Shown: one piece after another, positions 38,750 to 49,289 of the stretch
Layout: each line of letters opens with the position of its first letter
Numbering within the stretch: position 1 is the stretch's first letter
Origin: Octopus sinensis
Taxonomy: Eukaryota
Direction of reading: 5' to 3'
DNA: 64,000 nt
Assembly (NCBI RefSeq): GCF_006345805.1
Contig: NC_043000.1
Span: 128,588,001 to 128,652,000, forward strand
The notes under the pieces: model-generated
The model's input: the letters and a program-made list of their open reading frames with translations, nothing else
Database searches by the model: none
What the model was told of the DNA's origin: nothing
Made by a program: the position numbers and the translations under genes

Positions 38750-39517
38750 GAAAACACAATATCTCATTCAAAATTAAAGCTATTTTGAAATATCAACTCT
38801 CAGCGTCCAACACGACTCCAGAACCTGGTACATGCATTTTTCACTGTGTCCCTGGAAAGATCTTCAAACGTCTCCTTGATATTGGCCACCGGCTTGGCCT
38901 TAGTTTTTCAGGTAGAGCAGTTGCTGTTTTTCTCAATCGTAGTCTTCACGTTGTAATCTATGGGATTACAATCGGAGTAGTTCGAAGCCCAGAAATTTCG
39001 ATTGGTGAAGCCATAGAAATTCTCTGACAGCCACTTCTAATACTTCCTGGAAGTATGACAAAGAGCCTAGTCTTGCTGCCACACATGCGGCCTTTGAAGC
39101 CAGAGTTTGACCACAGTTTACGGCAATTTCACATAACCATCTGAAATTATCCTAAAGCCCTGTTCAGATGTGTTGGGCGGTATGACGTCAGCCTCACTGG
39201 AGACACCCCCAAAGACCAACATAGTTCGCTGGAACTTGGTTTTCATGATGACTATGTTACGCCTTACAGCCTTTACAGTGTTGACAGTGTATTGAGCAGC
39301 AGTCATGATGTTAGCATTTTGACACCCAACGCGAATCATCATGACACGTAACTCTTTTCCAATATTCAGATGGCTTCCAGTCCTCCATCTCAGCTAGCTT
39401 TTTCTCAACTACATCTTTAATATTTATGCTCGCTAACACCGCTGACTGTTTACCAATATATCAAGCTGCTCCTGAAAAAAAAATTTTAAATCGTCAACTT
39501 TAGCCCGAACACCTATA
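38750..39517 (-). mobile_element. DD37D (maT-type) Tc1/mariner remnant, internally deleted (CDS remnant 38780..39388)
   Basis: KTKFQRTMLVFGGVSSEADVIPP; WQQD*ALCHTSRKY*KWLSENFYGFTNRNFWASNYSDCNPIDY with exactly 37 residues between D2 and D3. One TIR-like end AACTTTAGCCCGAACACCTA-TA near 39496-39517. Confidence 0.88.
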
Positions 39518-39649
39518 AATATATGTGTGTATGTATGTATGTATGTATGTATGTATGTATGTATGTATGTATGTATGTATGCATGCATGCATGCATGTAT
39601 GTATATGGCCGCAGTCAAATGACTGCAACTAGTAAAAGAGTATATATAC

Positions 39650-41350
39650 ACTTCAAATTCAGACAAAGCAGCAGTGGAGTTACTTCTCAAATTTATGGAT
39701 AATTTTTTCCTGTCACAACTCGTTCATGAACCAACCAGAAACAACCAAATGTCTTGGATCTAGCGCTAAGCAATCACGCTAACGCTATCCATAACATCAC
39801 AGTGGAAAGAACCCGCCTGTCCGATCATGACATAGTACTCTGTAACCTCAATCTTCAGCATCCAAAAATTTGGCATACATCCCTAACTTCAGTGCACCCA
39901 TTTGATAATATGAATTTACGCAAGTCAAACTGGAGTGCGATCACTCAAAATCTATTGCAAGTGGAATGGTCCTTCACCCTTGCTTCCTCCAATACCACAA
40001 CAAACACAAATGCAGGGCAACTATTTGTGGACACAGTCACTCACATAAGCTCAAAATACATACCCTCACGACTCATAAATAGCAGTAGATGCAGGATTCC
40101 AAAACAGAGAAAAACGCTCATCGGGTGAATAAAAAGAATAGACCGAAAAATCAATACTCTAAAATACCACCATCATCAGCAGCCCCAATCGAGAACATTA
40201 ACAAACTTGGAATCAAAGAAGCAACAGCTGCAGGACTGCATGAGAACCCCCATAAACGACCAAAGAGCAGCAGAGGAAGCCTGGGCTATTAAAAACACCA
40301 AGAATAATCCTAAGGTTTCTTACTCCTTTGCAAAAACACATAGGACCACAGTTTCCTCTATCGGCCCACTGGTTGAGGGAAACAGCATCCTTCACAATGA
40401 TGCCAAAGACATGGTTGAGATTCTGCAAAGTCAATACTGCTATGTTTTCAGTGACCCTGATTCGGTTGACTCAAGCAGCTTTGCTTCTTTAAATCCTCAT
40501 CATGTCCTTTCCGATACAACCTTCAATGCTACTGATATCCTAGCAGCAATAAAAGAAATCAAACCTGATTCAGCACACTACCGTTGGGAGAATTACTTGA
40601 ACCGTTGGATGATATCAGAGACTTAGGTGTAACTGTCGACAGCAACCTTAGATGGAGTGTGCACATCAACAAAAAAGTCGATGTTGCCCGCAGAATGTGC
40701 TCATGGATCTTCAGAACTTTTCAATGTAGGGATCATGAAACCATGTTCCTTCTCTTCTCTAAATTCGCTAGGCCCCACCTTGAATACTGCTGCCCATTGT
40801 AGTCCCCCTACAAAAAGCAAGACATAATGAAGATCGAAGCACCACAAAGATCAATCACTAAAAAAATAAATGGCATGATGGGACTTGATTATTGGGCTCA
40901 ACTTAAACAACTGAAACTCTATTTTCTTCAACGCCGCCGTGAGCGATACATTATTTGCACCATGGGGAAAATATTCTACCAATATTATTCAAATGATATC
41001 AGTATTATGTTTACAATTCACCCAAGACTAGGCCCTCGTGCAATGCTAGGCCCCCTATAAAGGTCGAGATCACATCACATAAGAACATTGCGGCACAATT
41101 TCTTCATTGCAAATCGTCCTGCTCTTTTCAATGTTATCCCGAGAGAAATTAAAGTAAAAAAAGGCCCCACAACTTTCAAACGGTACCTGAACAAATTCTT
41201 CCAGGAAATACCGGGCAAACCACCTGTACCTGGATACGTCTCAGCCAACAACAACTCTCTGCTTAAGTGGTCCATGGTGTCCCGAAATAATTAATTAAAA
41301 GATTTTTCCAGGTGGTGCTATTGAGTTAGTCATAGCCAATCTAAGTTTTT
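39650..41350 (+). mobile_element. CR1-like LINE remnant: endonuclease C-terminus, tether and C-terminal domain, RT core absent
   Basis: LDLALSNH...RLSDHDIV (APE), NWSAITQNLLQVEW, NPKVSYSFAK, then KPDSA joined directly to TLPLGELLEPLDDIRDLGV...PHLEYCCPL...LQRRRERY...PALFNVIP...SANNNSLL. Confidence 0.92.
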
Positions 41351-41366
41351 TTTTTTATTAAATAAG

Positions 41367-41402
<36 letters not shown>

Positions 41403-41403
<1 letters not shown>

Positions 41404-42227
41404 AGTGGTGACTCCGGCACTCGGGCTGTTCAAGCTTAGCCCGAGTATAAATTTAGTAAAGTGAACATATATTCGCAAGCTGATTTAATTTCTGCCAACA
41501 CTGACTTCGAGTATGTAATTACAACCAATAACTCGGGCTCCTCTTATTGAGCCTGGTCGCAGCTCATTTACTTTCGTTCAACGTCTGGCAGTCGTGTTAG
41601 AGGTGCTCTGTGTCAAAAAATATCACTCGTAGCAAACGTTCTCTCGACATCGTTTACACGTACCTGACTCGGGCTCAGAAGTTACAGCCCGAGTTGTTAT
41701 CTATAATCGTAAAAATTAAAAGTAATTCAAATTCAATGCTTTCTTGAAACAATAAATTTCTACAGGGATTAGGATTTAAATTCCAATCTATGAAAAAATT
41801 CCGTTATACAATATTCTTAAAGCAACTCGGGCAAATACGAACGAGCCTGGTAGGTGTAAAAGACTAACTGGCATCTCTTGTCAAGATTACAGGCGACAGT
41901 GAGATCACTGTTGTTTCTTGTACATTCCGCTGTCGTTATTTGATTGCTGCTTTTCTGTATGTCTGCCTGTAAAGACCATTTGTGTTTTGCCGGGTCGCTT
42001 TATTTTTACCCTTAACTTAGAAATGGAGAAAGACATATTAAAGCAATTTTTTCACTTAACTTAGAAATGAGAAAGACATATTAAAACTATATTTCTGTCT
42101 TATTGTTAAATTATCAGTGCACATATAAGTCTGCAGTGTGCATTACGTCTCTTACCTTTTTTATAAATGCGTCTTATACGAACTATATGTTGAGCCCGAG
42201 TGACGCTAAAGGCCTGGAGTCGCCTTG
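41403..42227. mobile_element. Non-autonomous DNA transposon, hAT-like TIRs
   Basis: Ends CAGTGGTGACTCCGGC / reverse complement CAAGGCGACTCCAGGC; about seven CTCGGGC/GCCCGAG motifs; (TA)n on both flanks. Confidence 0.65.
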
Positions 42228-42317
42228 ATATATATATATATATATATATATCTATATATATATTATATATATAATATACGTGCGTATGTATATAATTGTG
42301 TGAGTGTATATACTCTC

Positions 42318-42664
42318 TCTATATAAACGGCATTTTGTCTGTTCGTGTTTCTGTGTGTCTGTTTGCTTGTACCCTCACTCTGACGGCTTTACCGTTCTGA
42401 GAAACTTGACACACACATAGCCCAATGTCATAATTCAAAACTACGCAGCGAAAATTTTGTGAAAAGTTCCCCCAGTTCTGAAAAAGATGATAAATTCGAC
42501 ATGGAGTCGACAATCGAAACATAAACCGCAGATGGTGTAGGGGACGCAACTCGGCCTTTTTAACTAAAAATTTACCATCATTTTTTTGCTATTGGCTATA
42601 ACTCTCTAAAAGTGCTTATAGTTATTTCCCTTACAAACCCGAGCAACGCGGGCGCTACTGCTAG
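42318..42664 (+). mobile_element. Short non-autonomous Helitron
   Basis: 5' TCTATATAAACGGC then a GTCTGT-rich tract; 3' CCCGAGCAACGCGGG hairpin then CTAG|T at 42661-42664. Confidence 0.8.
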
Positions 42665-42671
42665 TATATAT

Positions 42672-42880
42672 ATAAGGGGGTCATTAAAAAAAATACAAAA
42701 GACGAAGACAGTTGGTGTAGACGACAAACAGATGTATTAGTATAACGCTCGGGAAGTGAAAAAGTCTTCAACGTTTCGAGCCTACGCTCTTCTACAGAAA
42801 GGAACAATGAGAGAAAATAAAGAATGTGTAGTGGCTAGCGATCTATCATGGCGAAAGTCGGATAGAAGGGTCACAGTGTG
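42672..42880 (-). mobile_element. Pseudo-LTR fragment of a second Penelope-like family with a hammerhead-like motif (42770..42797)
   Basis: Minus strand CTGTAGA-A-GAGC-GTAG-GCTC-GAAA-CGTT has the same architecture as the 48383..48409 motif. Confidence 0.55.
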
Positions 42881-43817
42881 TGTATCGAGAGAGGGGCGAG
42901 GGAGAGAGAGGGGGGAGAGAGGGAGAGAGAAAGAGAAACAGAGAGAGAGAGAGTGAGAGAGAGAAAGACAGACAGAAGACAGACTGACAAAGACAAAGAA
43001 AAACAGAGGAATACAGCTTGGCCCAATGTTTCAAAAGTTCGCTTCGCAAACATCCAGATCCCGTGTTAGGTTCTACCTACTGTGTGGATTCTTGAGCAAG
43101 TGCCTTTTACCATAACCTCCGATTGGCACTAGCTACGTTTGTGAAGTTCGGAAATGGGTAACTGTTTGGAAGTCCGTTGACTAGATTGCACATATAATTT
43201 TAACCACACTGTGTCACACTGATTCTTCTTGGGTATTGCGTAAAGGGTACACTTTTTGTAAAATCCTCAACCACTTCGCGCGTAATTTATAGAGTAGATC
43301 ATTCAGTTTATCGATTAATCGAATATACGTCGTCAAAATCGATGTAAGGCTTACATGTGTATAGTTATAAAGACATAGTTATAAAGAAATGACGACTAAC
43401 TTGTAGAGTTGTTAGAGCGTCGCATAGAGTGTCCTGCAATCATCATTTCAGTTGTCTATCCCCTAAGTTAAAATTCTGTCAATTCCAAATTTCTTTCACC
43501 CTTTCGGGGTCGATAAATAAAACGTATTTCTTGCACCGTCCCTCATTCTTTCTTTCTGTTTGTCTATCTGGCAGAAATCGATTGTGGTCAGACCGGTTGG
43601 GGGATGGGCTCCGCCTGGTTACAAAACACATTTACGACTCCATGAAGTTTTGGACTTAAGTCAGTGCAAGTCATAGTTATTAAAGTAACATTTTGAATTA
43701 AAGAAACCTTAAATACAAATAATTTTTATACTACAATGATTTATTTTTTACTATTTAATTTAATTTATTTTATTCATTTATATTTTCACATACGTATGCA
43801 TACATGCTTACTTACTA

Positions 43818-43848
<31 letters not shown>

Positions 43849-45072
43849 TACATACATGCACCTCAGCTGTACATTTACCTAAAAAGGGGTTGAAAGTGAC
43901 TTCGAAGTTTCGGCTCACCAACCGTCATCAGACTGCAGTTTGCTTTTTTTTTCTTGTTTTATATAGTTTTTGGCAATTCACCTACTTATTTAGACCACAC
44001 CTAATTCTGTTTCACATTACTCCGACTACTAAAGTATTAAACTGCGAAAATCTCTATAAAACCAAAAAGACCAATGTAAACTACAGCCTTTTAACGGTTG
44101 GTAAATGAAAATTTGGAACTCACTGTTAACCATTGGAAAAAATATTAAGTATGCACTCTATTGAAAAATATTGCGTTATTCTTCAGTTTAATGTTAAACT
44201 AGATCCCTATCTGTCGGTAAAAATATTTGTTAATCATGCACATACCTTTTTTTTAATAGTAGACTGTAATATAGAGAAAGTCTCGTTAGTTACTATGGTG
44301 ACAACACTGTACCTATCTAACTTTTACACACGCGCGCGCGCACACGCTCTCTCTCTCTCTCTCCCTCTCTCTCACTGTATTTTTCTGTCGGTAACAACAA
44401 CAACAACAATATCTACAATCTGTCATTATAGTGCAAGTCTGTTTCAAAATCTGTCTTGCGTTGTCTCTATGCTGAAAAGCATACAGAAACACACACGCAC
44501 ACACATAGATACACACAAGCAACTAAAATATAACTGTCTACATTGTTATATACTTAAAGACTTTTGTTGAAGTCTCTGTTCTGTTGTGTTGACAGAGTTA
44601 CACATAAAATTCCTGCGTTTTTAATCAAAACCTGTTAGTTACTATAGTGACAACACTACCTACCTATCTATCTATCTATCTATCTTCCACACTTTCTCTC
44701 TCTGTCTCACTGTACTCCTCTCTCAACAACATTTCTCCTCCCCTTCTAAAGATATGTTGCTACAGGGATCATCTCTCCTGTTGAAACCTCCCTTCCTTTA
44801 TATATATCTTATGATGGACAGAAGATGGAGGTCATCTTTTTTATAATATAAGATTGTTTTTATATATAATTTCACATAAGGACAAACAACAATATATACA
44901 TAATTGTATGTATAATTATTATTTTCTAGTAATCATATAATTCTCTCTAATTTTGGCAAGATGCTAGTAAGTTTGAAGGGAAGGGTTTACACTCTCACTC
45001 TTCCTATTTCCGTTTCCGAGCACCCAAGATCTGTTAGAACAGCATATTTCATTGAGCACCATATGTGAATAC

Positions 45073-45127
45073 AAACAAATGACTGAAAAATGATGAGCTA
45101 ACCCCATCATTTTTCGGTCATTTGTTT
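45073..45127. repeat. 55-nt hairpin, 23-bp stem (22/23), 9-nt loop
   Basis: AAACAAATGACTGAAAAATGATG-AGCTAACCC-CATCATTTTTCGGTCATTTGTTT. Confidence 0.85.
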
Positions 45128-45185
45128 ACATTTAAAAACTGTCGCTTCAAATCGAAGAATAAATATTATTATGATATACAGTTAT

Positions 45186-45225
<40 letters not shown>

Positions 45226-45483
45226 GCATATATAAATACACCCAAACACACATACTCGCATGTATGTATGGACGAAATTCAGAGTACTAACAAATTGTAA
45301 GCCCGATGCTCCAATCACTGTGCCATGCTCCTTCACACATACACACATACACACATACACACATACATATATACATACATTAAGAATTTGCTTAGGTATC
45401 ATTGCTTCATGCTGACATTCACTAGAGAACTAATTTCCACCATTATACACAAGTTCTCTTCTCTATCCCAAATCACACACGCA

Positions 45484-45538
<55 letters not shown>

Positions 45539-45757
45539 AAGGTTTTGATCGATCCGAGGCTATTGTTGAAGACACTTGCCCGAAATACCACGCAATGGCT
45601 CTGAACCCTGTACCATGTGTTTGAGAAGCAATGTGTGTGTGTATATATATGAATGTATGTATGTGTATGTATATATGTACACATACACACACACACACAT
45701 TGTAATTATTATGTGAACGATGGTATCTTGAAAAGTGTTTGATACTTATCGATATAC

Positions 45758-46175
45758 TTGGGGATGGTCATATTTTGCCAATTAAATACATGAACTATAT
45801 ATTTGATCTTCACTTTAGCTTTATTATTAGTTATAGCTTCTTTGTTAAAGCTTTTCGCCACACATCCTGTGACCTCTTCAGCGACTCTTAATCCCATGTG
45901 TCTCCTCTTGTTCTGTTTATTCCATTTTGTCTTTTTGTGATATGCATTCTCATCTGCACATTCGTTTGCGTCAGTATCTGCGCAGAAAATATACACACTA
46001 TAGAAAGACAAAATAGAATACGAAGAACAAGAAGAGTCACGTGGGATAAAGAGTCGCTGAAGTGGTTACAGGATGTGTGACGAACAAATATGTGTGAAGA
46101 CCAAATATATGTGAAGACCAAATATATGTGAAGACCAAATATATAGTTTAATTGGCAATATATGACCATCCCCAA
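45758..46175. mobile_element. Fold-back MITE-like element, ~180-bp arms
   Basis: TTGGGGATGGTCATATT / ATATGACCATCCCCAA ends; inner arms (CACACATCCTGT...CTTCAGCGACTCTT) also pair; right arm has three copies of the 17-mer TGTGAAGACCAAATATA. Confidence 0.8.
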
Positions 46176-46631
46176 ATTGAAACAATATCTGTTTCAACAC
46201 ACGATTTCACGTCAAATGTTGCCAATGTTGCAAAACAAATGCTTAAACGTTTACTATTTAATTTCATATGTATATGTGTATATGTGTGTAAATTTGAAAA
46301 TTTACAATAAACATTTAGTTTTATTTTCATGAAAATATCGGCGACTTAGAGCGAAACCTCTCACTACGGTTCGCCAGCATTTAGTGTCTCTGACTGTCAC
46401 TTTCTCCCTCTCCGTTTGCTCATTTAAATTCCTTTGTACCAACCTGAAACATATTGCATTTTATTATATGTACAATATATATATATATATGAATCAAGAT
46501 TAATCAGCCGAAATTGCGAAGATGATCCGGTTCTTGACTGAAGATTGAGGGCTTCGAATGTCCCGTCCGTGTTTTTTGTATCGTCTTCCAAATGTTTCAC
46601 GTTCTTGTCCCAGTTTGTATTTTTTTACATT

Positions 46632-46671
<40 letters not shown>

Positions 46672-46764
46672 ATATATAATATATATATATACATATGTAT
46701 ATGCATGTGTGTGTGTCTCTGTGTGTGCGCGCGCATATATCTTCCTTTATTCTTTTTACGTTTT

Positions 46765-46949
46765 TCATCATTAGCCTGCAGCCATGCTAGAGCAGTGTTT
46801 TTAAGAATTTTAGTCGAACGAATCGACCTCAATAATTAATTTTTAAGCTTGGTATTTATTCTATTTTTGCCGAACTACCAAGCGGGACATAGACGCCATC
46901 CCCGGCTGTCAAGGGGTCGTGGGAGATAAATACAATATACACGCGCGCG

Positions 46950-46981
<32 letters not shown>

Positions 46982-47110
46982 TTTACGACCGGCTTCTTTC
47001 AGTTTCCGTCCACCAAATCCACTCACAAGGCTTTGGTTGGCTTGAAGCTATGCTAGAAGACGGTTGCCCATGGTGGTACTGAACCTGTAACCATGTGGTT
47101 GAGAAGCAAA
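46765..47110 (-). mobile_element. SINE family A, degenerate
   Basis: Tail, internal (CA)n and head segments all present in reverse orientation. Confidence 0.75.
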
Positions 47111-47137
47111 TTTCTTTCCACACAGCGACGGTTGCGC

Positions 47138-47530
47138 TTGTGCAGGAGTGGCTATGTGGTAAGTAGATTGCTTACTAACCACATGGTTCCGAGTTCTGTC
47201 CCACTGCGTGGCACCTTGGACAAGTGTCTTCTACTATAGCCTCGGGCAAACCAAAGCCTTGTGAGTGGATTTGGTTGACAGAAACTGAAAGAAGTCCATA
47301 TCCATACATATATATATATGTATGCATATGTTTGTGTGTCTTTCTCCCTCCACCATCGCTTGACAACCGATGTTGGTGTGTCTATATCCCCATAACTTAG
47401 CGGTTCGGCTAAAGAGCCCGATAGAGTAAGTACTACGCTTACAAAGAATAAGACCTGGGGTCCATTCCTTCGACTAAAGGTGGTGCTCCAGCATGATCCC
47501 AGTCAAATAACTGAAACAAATAAAAGAATA
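47138..47530 (+). mobile_element. SINE family A, near full-length
   Basis: GCAGGAGTGGCTATGTGGTAAG...GGCACCTTGGACAAGTG...GGTGGTGCTCCAGCATGATCCCAGTC...AAACAAATAAAAGAATA. Confidence 0.9.
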
Positions 47531-47584
47531 TATATATATGTATATCTATCTATCTCTCTATCTATATATGTATATATATATATG

Positions 47585-47725
47585 TACGGGCTTCTTTCAG
47601 TTTCCATCTACGAAATCCATTCAGACGGCTTTGGTCGGCCCCAAAGACACTTGCCCAAGTCGTCACACAATGGGAGTGAACCCGGAATGATGGGGTTGGG
47701 AAGCAAACTTCTTACTACACAGCAA
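47585..47725 (-). mobile_element. SINE family A, 5' half
   Basis: CGGGCTTCTTTCAGTTTCC...GACACTTGCCCAAG...GAACCCGGAA. Confidence 0.75.
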
Positions 47726-48254
47726 CATCGTGTTTGTGTGTATATGTGTGTGTGCGTGCGTGTGTGTATGTGCTCGCGTGCGTGTGTGTCCGAGAGCGCG
47801 CGCGCGCGCGTGTGTGTGTGTACATTTCCTTCGGAGTTTCCCTGAGTAAGGCTATTTCAATCGTAAAGCTTTACTTGATGAAATTTGGAAGTGACTGCCC
47901 ATTTTTGAAAAAGGTAAAAAAAAAAAAAATAATGATAAAAAATTAATGTATTGCTTACATTTTCTGTTCATTTTTCGTTTTATATAAAAACGATAACATC
48001 TATAGCAATACACACTCACACACACACGCATTTTTCTATCTGTCTGTCTGCATATTTGTATGTATGTGTGTATGTATGTATGTATGTATGTAGTATGTAT
48101 GTATGTATATGCATGTGTTGGCGTGTGCTTTATTGTATTTACCCAGTGAAGCTAAATGTATATTTATTAAACCTGAACGTATGAAATATTTATTTAAATC
48201 ATATCCTTCCCTTCACATCTATTTATTTACATACATATATGCATACATACATGC

Positions 48255-48292
<38 letters not shown>

Positions 48293-48382
48293 AATCCAAA
48301 CGGGAAACAAAAAAACAACAACAATGGAACAATTACAGTATTATTATTAATAGGCGCTCAGGAAAAGGAAGCAGGGAGGTAT

Positions 48383-48409
48383 GACGTTTCGAGCGGAGCT
48401 CTTCGTCGG
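48383..48409 (-). ncRNA. Hammerhead-ribozyme-like motif (minimal type I architecture, non-canonical core)
   Basis: Minus strand CCGACGA-A-GAGC-TCC-GCTC-GAAA-CGTC: 4-bp stem II, GAAA, palindromic ACGT and a GUC site. CCGA replaces CUGA and stem I is weak. Confidence 0.45.
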
Positions 48410-49289
48410 AAACATAAAGAAGGAAGAGAGAGGAAAGAAAGATCCCAGAGCGGGCAACAGGGAAAGAGAAAAAAGACGACTGGTGTTTACGAGTTGCACA
48501 TGGTGAAAGGCGGATGTTTACGAAAACAGAGCAAAGTGGGTTTTTAAAGGCAAAAGAGTGGAGACAAGGTTGGTAACGCAACAGATGTGTGTGTATGTGT
48601 GAGTGTGTGCGTGTGCGTGTGTGTATGTGTGTGTGTGAGGCGAGATGAAAAACAAAAAAATATATATGTGTGTGTTAGTGTGTGCGTCTGTGTGTAGGCG
48701 TGTGAGGTAGGGCGAGATAGTGGTCAGCTTAGCAGACAAAGGTCAGTAGTAAGAAAAAGAAGGAAGGAGGAAGGGAGGGAGGGGAAGGGGTGGGGGCGTA
48801 TGTAGCGTGCCAGCGTGTGTGTTGAGTAGTAGTGGTGTGTGTGTCCAGTGTCGTGGTGGTATAAATGGCGAGTAGATTGAATGTGTGTAAGAGTAATGTA
48901 TATATTTAAGCAATATGTGTATATGTGTGCGCGTGTGTGTAACGAAAAAGGGGGGGTTAAGGAAAAGGACTCCAGCTGAGGGGAAGATGGAAGAGTGGTC
49001 CCGCGGAGGCGGGCGTGGGGAAAAACCAACGACACGCGACGGTCCCAGGAACGGGCGGGAGGTCTTGTCGGTTCCAAGAGCGAGGTGCCTGCGGAGCGTA
49101 TGCGTACGCGAACCGGCGCAAGTGCGTGCGTGCGCGAGCCTGCGAGTATGTGCGTAAGTATGTATGTGTGTGGATGTGTGAGTGTGTCTGTGTGTATGTC
49201 CGGGTGGCAGTGTGTCCGATGAATGTATGTGAGTATGTGTGTATGTATGTGTGTGCATAGATGTATGTCTGTGTGTGTGTGTGTGTGTG

